DNA of 64,000 nucleotides, from contig CAWGLD010000001.1 in NCBI GenBank assembly GCA_963823335.1, forward strand, positions 864,001 to 928,000, written 5' to 3'. A program made the translations under genes and the position numbers. This document shows positions 10,181-19,376 of this stretch, piece after piece (the stretch's first letter is position 1; every line of letters starts with the position of its first letter). This DNA comes from an uncultured delta proteobacterium. GTDB lineage: Bacteria; Desulfobacterota; Desulfobacteria; Desulfobacterales; B30-G6. The notes beneath the pieces were generated by a model. The model saw only the letters and a list, made by a program, of their open reading frames with translations. It was not told where the DNA came from and made no database searches.

Positions 10181-10818
10181 GCATCCCGGTCGACATGACA
10201 TTGTCCCTTGTCCTGCTTTCGGTCCTGTTTTCGTTTGGTTCCAGCCGTCTGCCGGGGCTTATCAAGGTTCTGGCATTTCAGGGAATCGTCGTATCAATCG
10301 TCCCGCTGATAATCGGGCACGACATGACCACCGGCGGCGTTCTGTTTACGCTTGTCACCTTGACCATTCGTGGCATCGTCATTCCTTTTTGCATATATTT
10401 TGCCATTAAAAAAGTTGCCATTCGCAGAGAAGTGGAACCCATCGTCGGCTATCACGCCTCAGTTCTGGCAGGCCTGGGACTGATCGTGGCGGCCATGGTT
10501 GTCAGCCACAGATTCAATGCCCCGTCCATCAGTGCCAGCGTGCTGCTGCTACCCACCGCCATCGCCCTTCTGGTGGCAGGTATGTTTCTGCTGATGGCGC
10601 GGCGGAATGCCATCGCCATGGTGCTGGGCTATATCATGATGGAAAACGGCATTTACCTGGTGGGAACGACCTTTTCGGTGCGCGCCCTTCACATCGTGGA
10701 ATTCGGAATTCTACTGGACGTACTGGCCGGTGTCATGATCATGGCCGTTATCCTTCAGAATATCAAACAGACATTTGATGATGTGGATACCGCCTTGCTC
10801 AGAACATTAAAGGAATAG
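10177..10818 (+). CDS. hyfE: HyfE-like membrane subunit
   Basis: Hydrophobic; 'RREVEP', 'GYIMMENGIY', 'EFGILLDV'; operon position. Confidence 0.8.
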   Translation: MSIPVDMTLSLVLLSVLFSFGSSRLPGLIKVLAFQGIVVSIVPLIIGHDMTTGGVLFTLVTLTIRGIVIPFCIYFAIKKVAIRREVEPIVGYHASVLAGLGLIVAAMVVSHRFNAPSISASVLLLPTAIALLVAGMFLLMARRNAIAMVLGYIMMENGIYLVGTTFSVRALHIVEFGILLDVLAGVMIMAVILQNIKQTFDDVDTALLRTLKE

Positions 10819-10829
10819 GTGTTTGATTC

Positions 10830-12251
10830 ATGGTTGAAATCGTTTTTCTAGCCCCGTTTGTAACCGGCGTGATTGCCTTTTTCATGCCCCGCACTCTGGG
10901 ACGCTCATTGCTGGTCTTTACCGGAGCACTTCATCTGTTGCTCTCCGTCCTGCTTTGGATACGGCAGCCCGAACCACTGTTCAAATCCTATTTTGCCATC
11001 GCCCCGGAAGGAATGCTCTCTTTGCTGGTGATATCACTGCTGTTTTTTCTGATATCCATTTACACCATTGGCTATCTCAAGGTATCCGACATCAAGTCCG
11101 AGAATATATTTACCGGTTCCATGCTGTTGTTCCTGTCCACCATGACCATGGTGACCCTTTCCGATCATATCATGGTCATGTGGATCGCCATTGAAGCGAC
11201 GACCCTTGCCAGTGCACCGCTGATCTACACCCACCGCACTTCCGTCTCTCTAGAAGCTACCTGGAAGTATGTTCTGATCTGTTCTGTGGGCATTGCCATG
11301 GCGCTCTTGGGCTCGGTTCTGATCACCATTTCAATGGATGTTGGCAAGGTCGATGCACCGGTCTCCTTTTCTGCGCTTACGGCTGTTGCAACCCGTCTTG
11401 ATCCCATGTGGTTGAAGGCAGGTTTCGCTTTTATTCTGGTAGGATACGGCACGAAGATGGGCCTGGCGCCCATGCACACCTGGCTGCCCGATGCCCACAG
11501 CGAAGCGCCCAGCCCGGCATCGGCGCTTTTGTCCGGTGTACTGCTCAACTGCGCATATCTCGGAATCTTCAAAACCAATAAGATCATGCTGGCAGCCGGC
11601 CTGGGCAATTTTTCCGGTCCTATCCTTATGGGGTTCGGTCTGATTTCGATTCTGGCGGCAGGCACCTTTATTCTCAAACAGACAGAATACAAACGTCTGC
11701 TGGCATATTCGAGTATCGAAAATATGGGAATCATTGCCTTTGGAACCGGTGTTGGCGGACTGGGTGCCTATGGTGCCATGCTCTGCCTGATCCACCACAG
11801 TCTGATCAAATCTTCGCTGTTTCTGACTTCCGGAAATATTCTGCTGGGCTATGGCAGCCGACGGATTGACAAGACCGGCGACCTGGTTAACCGGATGCCA
11901 CGGACCTTTATCGCTTTTTTCGGTGGATTTGCGGCAATCGCGGGCTTACCCCCCTTCGGGCTTTTTATCGGCGAGCTGTTCGTCATCCTGGGAGCCTTTA
12001 AGGCGGGTCACTATATAGGCGTCACCGTTCTGGTGGTCAGTCTGTGTGCCATCTTTGCCGGTTTTGCCAACCAGGTTATGAAAATTTCTTTCAACACCTC
12101 AGAAGCCACGATCGGTTTGGTGGAAAAGGGCAATCTGGTCTGGCCCCAGTATGTGCTGCTATTAACCTCTCTGGTCTTGTGTTTCTGGATCCCGGACTCC
12201 CTGTACCAGACAATAATGAATGCGGTAACTTCCGTCAGTGGAGGTTTTTAA
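10830..12251 (+). CDS. hyfF: HyfF/NuoM-like proton-translocating subunit
   Basis: 'EATWKYVLICSVG', 'GYGTKMGLAPMHTWLPDAHSEAP', 'KRLLAYSSIENMG'. Confidence 0.85.
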   Translation: MVEIVFLAPFVTGVIAFFMPRTLGRSLLVFTGALHLLLSVLLWIRQPEPLFKSYFAIAPEGMLSLLVISLLFFLISIYTIGYLKVSDIKSENIFTGSMLLFLSTMTMVTLSDHIMVMWIAIEATTLASAPLIYTHRTSVSLEATWKYVLICSVGIAMALLGSVLITISMDVGKVDAPVSFSALTAVATRLDPMWLKAGFAFILVGYGTKMGLAPMHTWLPDAHSEAPSPASALLSGVLLNCAYLGIFKTNKIMLAAGLGNFSGPILMGFGLISILAAGTFILKQTEYKRLLAYSSIENMGIIAFGTGVGGLGAYGAMLCLIHHSLIKSSLFLTSGNILLGYGSRRIDKTGDLVNRMPRTFIAFFGGFAAIAGLPPFGLFIGELFVILGAFKAGHYIGVTVLVVSLCAIFAGFANQVMKISFNTSEATIGLVEKGNLVWPQYVLLLTSLVLCFWIPDSLYQTIMNAVTSVSGGF

Positions 12252-13759
12252 TGAACACGACCTTTTTGGAGATTTCAAATGGTGTCGCCCTCCCCACAGA
12301 ACGGATCCCTCACCTTGCGTTTGACACCTTTCGCCAGGAAGCCCTGGATATTGTAAATAAAGGAGGGAAGGTCGTTCACTATTTTGCCTACCTTCAAGGC
12401 GACACCGTCAGACTGATGGCGATACTGCGCAAGGATTCACTGCTTGTGGCCGGCTGCGATGCACCCGACACCTATTCCGCCATGAGCAGCCAGTGCGAGC
12501 CCTTCCACATGTTTGAACGGGAGATCGCCGAGCAGTTCGGTATCCGGCCCGAGGGTCATCCCTGGTTGAAAATGGTTCGTTATCATCCCAATTATATGAA
12601 CAGGACCGACGTCTTCGATAATAATTACGCCGATGATATTCCCGGAAATTATGCCTACTACCGTGTGGAAGGTCAGGAGATTCATGAAGTGGCAGTCGGT
12701 CCCGTACACGCCGGGGTGATCGAGCCGGGGCATTTTCGATTCAACTGTATCGGTGAACGGGTGCTGAACCTGGAGATCCAGCTGGGGTATCAGCACCGGG
12801 GTATTGAAACGCTTATTCCACAGGTAGAAGCCAAACGCTTACCCCTGCTGACCGAAAGCATCGCCGGTGACACAACGGTGGGCCACTGCCTCTGTATGGC
12901 CCAGGCCGTGGAGGCCTTTTCCGCAGTCAAACCAGATAGCGGGGCGCATATCATCCGCACCATCGCCTTGGAACTTGAACGTATTCAGAATCATATCGGC
13001 GATCTGGGTGCATTGAGCGGGGACGTTGCTTTTTTGCCGCCCATGAACTACTGCGGCCGTATGCGTGGCGATTTTTTGAATATGTCACTACTGCTTTGCG
13101 GCAATCGGTTCAGCAAAGGATTTATCCGCCCGGGTGGCGTGCTTTTCACCATGGATGACGAAATCCGGAGCATTTTGACCGAGCGCATCATTGAAATCAA
13201 ACCGCAGGTCAAGCACGTGATCGATCTGCTCTTTTCGACATCCAGCGTGCGTTCACGTTTTGAAGATTGTGGCACGGTCAGCCAATCGGATGCGGAAAAC
13301 CTGGGTTTGGTAGGGCCTGCCGGCCGGGCTTGTGGCATTCCTTACGATGTCAGGCGCTGTTTTCCCAGCGAACATTATTCCGAACTCGATATTCCGGAAA
13401 ATGCCGAACACAGCGGTGATGTTTTTGCCCGGGCGAAAATCAGAGCGGACGAGACCCTGCAGTCCATCGATCTTATCCTGTCTCTGCTGAACGACCCGGT
13501 GGAAACGAATTGCACGAAGCCGGGGAATCTGTCTCTGGCACCCGATTCCTTTGTCGTAACCCTGAACGAGGCCTGGCGGGGTGAAGTTTCCCATTGTGTT
13601 TTAACAGACACGACAGGCAAAATCAGACGCTACAAGATCAAGGACCCCTCGTTTCACAACTGGAACGGCCTCTCCATGTCTCTGCGGGATACGGAAATTT
13701 CAGATTTTCCGCTCAACAACAAAAGTTACAATTTATCGTATTGTGGGTTTGATCTATAG
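12251..13759 (+). CDS. HyfG-like (NuoC-NuoD fused) large subunit lacking NiFe CxxC motifs (Ehr type)
   Basis: 'FEREIAEQFG..PEGHP', 'VGPVHAGVIEPGHFRF', 'LGYQHRG'; the L1 position reads ESIAGDTTVGH and the C-terminus reads NKSYNLSYCGFDL. Confidence 0.88.
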   Translation: MNTTFLEISNGVALPTERIPHLAFDTFRQEALDIVNKGGKVVHYFAYLQGDTVRLMAILRKDSLLVAGCDAPDTYSAMSSQCEPFHMFEREIAEQFGIRPEGHPWLKMVRYHPNYMNRTDVFDNNYADDIPGNYAYYRVEGQEIHEVAVGPVHAGVIEPGHFRFNCIGERVLNLEIQLGYQHRGIETLIPQVEAKRLPLLTESIAGDTTVGHCLCMAQAVEAFSAVKPDSGAHIIRTIALELERIQNHIGDLGALSGDVAFLPPMNYCGRMRGDFLNMSLLLCGNRFSKGFIRPGGVLFTMDDEIRSILTERIIEIKPQVKHVIDLLFSTSSVRSRFEDCGTVSQSDAENLGLVGPAGRACGIPYDVRRCFPSEHYSELDIPENAEHSGDVFARAKIRADETLQSIDLILSLLNDPVETNCTKPGNLSLAPDSFVVTLNEAWRGEVSHCVLTDTTGKIRRYKIKDPSFHNWNGLSMSLRDTEISDFPLNNKSYNLSYCGFDL

Positions 13760-13769
13760 GGAAATCAAT

Positions 13770-14513
13770 ATGCTTAACACGCTTAAAAACAGATTCGAAC
13801 AGGGTTACAGAACCACAAAATATCCGCAGGAAAAAATCGAACTGTGGAAGCGCTACCGCGGGCGCCCACTGATCAATAAAGACGCCCGGGATGACCTGGT
13901 CAAAACCTGTGCAGCGGCCTGCCCTCAGGATGCCATCGACACACAACATAAATTGATCGACATGGGACGCTGTGTATTCTGTGGAACCTGTGAACGCGTT
14001 TCCAAAGGAAAATTCGTCGCCTTTAGCCAGGACTTCGAGATCTCCGTGTCCGAGAAAGAACACCTGTTAACGGACGGATCTCTTCCCGAATTGGCCGCAC
14101 ATGCCCGGCAGCATTTCAAAAAGCTTTTCGGCCGATCCCTGCAGCTGCGCCAGGTATCAGCAGCCGGCTGCAACGCCTGCGAAGCGGATCTCAATGTTCT
14201 GGCGACACCCTTTTTCGACCTGGCCCGCTTTGGGATCAACTTCGTGGCCTCCCCCCGCCATGCAGACGGCATCGTCGTGACCGGTCCTGTCTCCCGCAAC
14301 ATGAAAACGGCTCTGTTTCAAACCTACGAAGCCGTAGCCGACCCCAAGGTCGTCATCGCCGTGGGCAGTTGTACCCTGACCGGCGGACCTTTCAGGGGCA
14401 GCCCCGAAATCACCGAAGGGCTGGACAGCCTCCTGCCGGTGGATCTTTATATCCCGGGATGCCCGCCCCACCCGCTGACCAATCTGCACGCCCTGCTGAC
14501 ATTTTTCAAATAA
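13770..14513 (+). CDS. HyfI/NuoB-like small subunit with N-terminal ferredoxin-like domain
   Basis: 'AGCNACE', 'ASPRHADG', 'VGSC', 'IPGCPPHP'; N-terminal 'CAAACP...CVFCGTC'. Confidence 0.88.
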   Translation: MLNTLKNRFEQGYRTTKYPQEKIELWKRYRGRPLINKDARDDLVKTCAAACPQDAIDTQHKLIDMGRCVFCGTCERVSKGKFVAFSQDFEISVSEKEHLLTDGSLPELAAHARQHFKKLFGRSLQLRQVSAAGCNACEADLNVLATPFFDLARFGINFVASPRHADGIVVTGPVSRNMKTALFQTYEAVADPKVVIAVGSCTLTGGPFRGSPEITEGLDSLLPVDLYIPGCPPHPLTNLHALLTFFK

Positions 14514-14515
14514 TT

Positions 14516-15937
14516 TTACGGGCGGATGATGATGGTCGGATACAGCCCTTCCTTTTCTCCCCTTGGATAAGGCTGGATCGTGTTAAAGGAAATGTTTTGA
14601 TTTCTCTGGGCATGGCCCTTGTTGGAGTGGCCATTAAAAAAAGCACCGTTGGCTTCCAGGATATGCTGAATTCGCTCCTTGAAGGCCGTAACGAATTCGG
14701 CACCGCTGCCTTCAAAAATCATCTCCCCCTTTGAAAAGCGGCTATCTATTTTTGAGAAGGCCTTCAGGGGCATGCTGTTGCGCTCCAGGTCCTTTTCATC
14801 CGTCACCAGTCCCCAGACCAAATGACCGGCTGGAATCTTCAGCGGCTTGCGGATATCGATGATCGTATGGGGCATGACGATGCTCTCCTGGCCGATGGTC
14901 AGTCGTGACTCCGGTCGCCCCCGCAGAAAGCAGTTAAATCCAACAAAAACATCCTTTCCCAGAGCCGCTTCGATAATCTTGGCGCCATGGGCGGTAATGT
15001 CATTCCCCTCCAGGCGTGAGTTGATGATATAGCTATGCTCCTGGGCGTTGGCGCCTTTGCCGAGCCAGGCATTCTGGAGAAAGGCCCGCTGTGAGACCAG
15101 TACATTTTCACTGATATGCGTTTTGGGTTTGATTACGGCAAAGCGGTCAAGCGATGCGCTACGGGGAACAGACACGGAAGGTTCCAGATTGACCACGTTA
15201 AAAACCCGCTGAAAAGCTTCTTTGCGATCTTCCACAAAATCGATAAAGACACCCTGGGGAGAACTGCCGGCAGAAAAATAGATGTAATTGTTCAGGCGTT
15301 GGAGAGGGAACTGGTACAGGAAGTTGAACTTTTCAGGGTTGCGTACCCACACCGTCCCGGGTTCTATGTTCAGGTGGCTCACTTCCCCGGCTTGAATGTA
15401 TGAAAATGTTCCGATGAGACAGTCCTGTATGGTGGTGAGATCAACGGTTGAAAAGGGTCCCAGAAAACATCCATCCGAGGGAGAGCCGTGAATATTGGCA
15501 TAGTGGGTGGAGATGGTATCCCTGATAAAAAACTTCTCCAGTGTTTCCGGATCGTGGGAAAAATTGTGAACCAAGGTCTTGATCAGAAAGCTGTCATTTA
15601 TCTCGATCTCTTCATCCTCAGCCACCGGAATTTCAAATTCCTGGTATTGGAACAGATCCGCTTTCTGTTTGAGTTCGTCCCCCCGGACATCACTCTTATA
15701 AAGGAGGGAATTGGTCACGCTGCATTTTCCCAGAAAGTAACTGCCGGACAAATTGGAGTGCCTGAACTCAAAATTCAGGGGGTGGTGGGGCGTAATACCG
15801 TAAAATGCATAAAACTTCGTCATCTGGTTCGGCGGGATAAGATTCCGTACCAACGGATTGACATCATATTCAAGCTCCCGCAAATTGATGTTGACGCGCT
15901 GGATAATCCTGTCCAAAAGTTTTTCGAGTTCTTTCAT
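14516..15937 (-). CDS. Left-handed beta-helix protein with two gamma-carbonic-anhydrase-like repeats
   Basis: Hexapeptide-like repeats; 'SDVRGDE', 'TLVH', 'STHYANIHG..DGCFLGPFSTV'; second repeat 'NAQE...TAHGAKI...VFVGFN'. Confidence 0.6.
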   Translation of the reverse strand: MKELEKLLDRIIQRVNINLRELEYDVNPLVRNLIPPNQMTKFYAFYGITPHHPLNFEFRHSNLSGSYFLGKCSVTNSLLYKSDVRGDELKQKADLFQYQEFEIPVAEDEEIEINDSFLIKTLVHNFSHDPETLEKFFIRDTISTHYANIHGSPSDGCFLGPFSTVDLTTIQDCLIGTFSYIQAGEVSHLNIEPGTVWVRNPEKFNFLYQFPLQRLNNYIYFSAGSSPQGVFIDFVEDRKEAFQRVFNVVNLEPSVSVPRSASLDRFAVIKPKTHISENVLVSQRAFLQNAWLGKGANAQEHSYIINSRLEGNDITAHGAKIIEAALGKDVFVGFNCFLRGRPESRLTIGQESIVMPHTIIDIRKPLKIPAGHLVWGLVTDEKDLERNSMPLKAFSKIDSRFSKGEMIFEGSGAEFVTAFKERIQHILEANGAFFNGHSNKGHAQRNQNISFNTIQPYPRGEKEGLYPTIIIRP

Positions 15938-15950
15938 GGCATATCCTTAT

Positions 15951-16511
15951 CTATTCGGTTGCTTCGACTTCTTTCATGACATGGAAGGTTGCAGCAAACA
16001 CATCCGACATTCTCAGTACACCCACAATTTTCTTTTCTTTCGTCACCAGCAATGACAGATGGTATCCCGTAATCAGCTGGTGAACAGCAGTCTCGAGGGA
16101 GGTTTCTTCATTGATGTACTCACCCTCGGAAGGGGTTTGCATAAATTCTTCGACCTTGAGCTTGGCCGCTGTTGCATAGATGTCCTTGTTTGGAGGGATT
16201 GTCTGGCGGTACTGTTCCTGGCGTAGTGCAATGGACTTTGAACTAAAGCCGAATTTTCTGATATTCTTTATCCTTTCAGTTTTTTCATCCTTCGGTTCAA
16301 GGGATCTCATGAAATCCAACTGGCTTAGTTTCCCGACCACCTGTTTGTTGTTGTCCAGAACCAGCACGGCACGGTGGGAATATTGGGTGTGGCAATATTC
16401 CTCCTGGGCTTTTTCCAATGCAACCACGGCCTCGGACAGTGTCGATCCAACGGTTACGGTTGCATATTCTGAAATCGGAACCATCACGTCCTTCACACGA
16501 AATTGTTTCAT
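15951..16511 (-). CDS. CBS domain pair protein
   Basis: 'VKDVMVP', 'VLVLD..VVGKLSQLD', 'VEEFMQTP', 'LLVT..KIVGVLRMSDV'. Confidence 0.85.
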   Translation of the reverse strand: MKQFRVKDVMVPISEYATVTVGSTLSEAVVALEKAQEEYCHTQYSHRAVLVLDNNKQVVGKLSQLDFMRSLEPKDEKTERIKNIRKFGFSSKSIALRQEQYRQTIPPNKDIYATAAKLKVEEFMQTPSEGEYINEETSLETAVHQLITGYHLSLLVTKEKKIVGVLRMSDVFAATFHVMKEVEATE

Positions 16512-16566
16512 TTCTCCTCCAGGGAAGTATGGATATTACCTATTACCTGAACCTAACATGAGCACC

Positions 16567-16616
16567 TGAAGAACCCCGCAGCGAGTCACGGGGTCAGCAC
16601 TCGCTGTTGCAGTTCA
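16567..16616. repeat. Small palindromic interspersed repeat (tgaagaacc family), copy 1
   Basis: tgaagaaccccgcagcgagtcacggggtcagcactcgctgttgcagttca; related copies at 45067, 55289, 58907. Confidence 0.7.
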
Positions 16617-17000
16617 ACATTCGATTTCGATTTTAACTGCCGGTGTGTCCTCCATAACATGAATGGTCCTTGACATTTCAATCTTGTCCGGGTTGTCTGT
16701 GCTCTGTGAACGGAGCGCCGCTAGAAGCTCTTCCTGTTCCAGCAAAAATGACTGCCCGTGACGGTCGGTTGCCACTATCCCGCCCACCATGCCGTGATTG
16801 AAGGGAAACGCACCGAAATGTTTGGTAATCAGAATGATGGGGAAGCCCTGATTTTCATCAGAACAGAAGGCGCGGGAAGGCATGATCCTGCCTTTTTCAA
16901 AACCATATGATCTGCACAGGTTATACAATCGTGGAACAAAGACGCTGAAGCGCATCATCTTGTCGCTGATCTTAAAATCACCCATCAGACATTGCATCAT
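16614..17000 (-). pseudogene. Short, probably internally deleted protein with CxDE motif (LCIB/theta-CA-like N-terminus)
   Basis: 'SRAFCSDENQG...FPFNHGMVGGIVATDRHG' switches abruptly to an acidic helical tail 'QSFLLEQEELL...'. Confidence 0.45.
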
Positions 17001-17374
17001 AAATTTCCTCTTCTTGGTCCCTTATGTTCAATACTTGTACATTCGGTGGCGAAAAACAGGATCCTCAAAACCGGCATCATCGCGGTTTTGTCGATGGGCT
17101 GCACCAGCAGCAGAAAAAATTTGGCGGCCATGACCAGAAGACAGGCTTCCTCCATGTTCAAACTTTGTATCGTCCAGGCGCCTGGTCAGGCCGAATTTGG
17201 TAGACACCCTTCCGATCATGACTCATACAAAGATAAAGTGTTTATTTTAACCTTTCGAGTTTTAGCTGTCAATCATAAACAGACGCTTCCCGGTATTGCC
17301 GTGTTGCTTTGGGCCTGATGAGAAGAATTGAAATTGGATCTTGTAATACGCTTAAGAGCGTCAAGGGATGTTGG

Positions 17375-18253
17375 TTAAGCCTTGAGTCGGTTCAACGCCA
17401 CCACGCTGCCAAAGATCAAAAGACCGCCGACCCAGAACCTCAGCGTTACGGGATCCCCAAGGAAGACAATGCCCACGATACCGGTAAAGATGACCTCGCT
17501 GGACATGAACACGCCGCCCTCCCACCCTTTGCAGTAGAAAAAGCCCTGGTTCATGAGGAGCTGGGCCGTCAGGGATGTAAAGATGATACCCAGAACCATG
17601 ACCCACTCCAACGGAGTGCCGGGCAGCATCGGCGTCATGATGAATTTGGGCGCGGTGACCAGGGTGCCCATGGTGCAGAAGTAGAGGTAGATGATGACCG
17701 GTCCGTTTTTTTCCCGCAGGCTGCGGATCAGTGTTACGGTGAGACCTGCGAACACCGCACCAAACAAGGCCATGGCCTGCCCAAAAAAAGTTCCGCCAAG
17801 TCTGAAATCGAACAGCGCGCCCACGCCCACAAGCACCAGGACAATACAGGCGATCTCAAGCTTACCGATTTTTTCACCATAGATCCGGTAGGAAAAAATC
17901 GCTGAAAACGCCGGAAACGAGTAAAAAATAACCAGCGCCGTGGACAATGGTAGCAGTTTGAGAGCGGTGATAAGGGAGATGAAAGCCACGGAACCCACGC
18001 ACCCCCGGATAATCAATAGTCGTGTATTGTTCCCAAGAAAGGGGTTGTGGTGACGACCGAAAATAAGGATAATCATGACCAGGCCCCCGAAAAAACGGAA
18101 AAACCCGATGTGCCAGACGGTGAACACCGGATTCAGGGTCTTGACGATCAGATTGAGCAGGGTGAACAAAAGCGCAGCCGACAGCATGAACAGCGGTCCT
18201 GCAAGGGCCGCGTCCATCTGAACCAGACCCCCTTTCTTTTTGGGTGTATCCAT
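17375..18253 (-). CDS. EamA/DMT family transporter
   Basis: About 10 TM segments in two repeats; 'FFRFFG', 'YGEKIG'. Confidence 0.88.
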   Translation of the reverse strand: MDTPKKKGGLVQMDAALAGPLFMLSAALLFTLLNLIVKTLNPVFTVWHIGFFRFFGGLVMIILIFGRHHNPFLGNNTRLLIIRGCVGSVAFISLITALKLLPLSTALVIFYSFPAFSAIFSYRIYGEKIGKLEIACIVLVLVGVGALFDFRLGGTFFGQAMALFGAVFAGLTVTLIRSLREKNGPVIIYLYFCTMGTLVTAPKFIMTPMLPGTPLEWVMVLGIIFTSLTAQLLMNQGFFYCKGWEGGVFMSSEVIFTGIVGIVFLGDPVTLRFWVGGLLIFGSVVALNRLKA

Positions 18254-18536
18254 TTCAACTCCTTAATATTATTAAATTTTTTACAAGTTGTCATAAATAG
18301 GATTCTGACCACGGGATCTGTCAAAAACATATAATAGTTAAAAGGAAATATTCTTAATAAGTCCTTGAAACTTGACACGTCAACCAGTATTTAACAAACG
18401 TCCAAATTATCGGTTCTCTATTACAATACAATACCATTTCCACAAGATAGTTATTCTACCGGTCTACGGGGCCGGGCCAGGCTAACCAACAGTATTTAAA
18501 GAATATTTAATCAAAAACAATCCTTATATCAACTCG

Positions 18537-19322
18537 ATGAAAAGTAAAAATGAGTATCTTATAGTTGACGGAAAACGGCATGAAGCCGTCTGGCACGGCC
18601 CTTCCCCGGATGAAGCGACGACCCTCGTCTTCTTGCATGAAGGACTGGGTTGTGTTTCCATGTGGCGTGATTTTCCGGAGCGGCTGGCTGGCGCTACGGG
18701 ATGCAGTGCTTTGGTGTATAGCAGAACAGGCTACGGTCGTTCCGATCCCTGTGCCCTGCCCCGGTCAATTCATTTTATGCATGACGAAGGGCAGAAAGTT
18801 CTTCCCGAATTATTAAAATCGGCAGGTATTCGAAAATGCATTCTGGTCGGGCATTCAGATGGTGGATCAATCGCTATCATTTATGCAGGGAGCATGGCAA
18901 CGATACCCATACTTGGTTTAATCACTGAATCCACACATGTGTTTTGCGAGAAGAAAACAGTAGACGCCATTCGCAAAACCGGTGAGCTGTTCAACAAGGG
19001 AGACCTTCGTCGAAAACTCAAGAAATACCATGGTAACAATGTCGACTGTGCTTTTTGGGGGTGGAACGGTGCGTGGCTTCATCCCGATTTCAGACATTGG
19101 AATCTGGAGGAGTATGTGCCCGGAATCAAGGTTCCAATGCTCGTTATTCAGGGGGAAAATGACGAATATGGTACTCCCGCTCAAGTAGAATCGATCGCCC
19201 GTCTTTCCGGCGCCGGGGCAGAGGTATTGATGCTTTCAAATTGCGGGCATAATCCACATAAGGAACAGGATGCCGTGGTGTTTCAAGCAATGAAGAAGTT
19301 TATCTGCCGAATAAATGACTAA
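18537..19322 (+). CDS. Alpha/beta hydrolase
   Basis: 'FLHEGLG', 'GYGRSD', nucleophile GHSDGG, 'IQGENDEYG', 'CGHNPH'. Confidence 0.9.
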   Translation: MKSKNEYLIVDGKRHEAVWHGPSPDEATTLVFLHEGLGCVSMWRDFPERLAGATGCSALVYSRTGYGRSDPCALPRSIHFMHDEGQKVLPELLKSAGIRKCILVGHSDGGSIAIIYAGSMATIPILGLITESTHVFCEKKTVDAIRKTGELFNKGDLRRKLKKYHGNNVDCAFWGWNGAWLHPDFRHWNLEEYVPGIKVPMLVIQGENDEYGTPAQVESIARLSGAGAEVLMLSNCGHNPHKEQDAVVFQAMKKFICRIND

Positions 19323-19376
19323 CCTATTAACAACTCTTTTGCTTGCTGTATGGGAAAAGGGGGGACGCTCATTAAT

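Noticed and set aside
7287-14513. Hydrogenase-4/formate hydrogenlyase call
   Set aside because: The large subunit lacks both NiFe CxxC motifs and no fdh or hyp genes are present.
17000-17320. Short ORFs (17028-17219 and a faintly receiver-like minus-strand frame)
   Set aside because: No recognisable motif or RBS; too weak to call.
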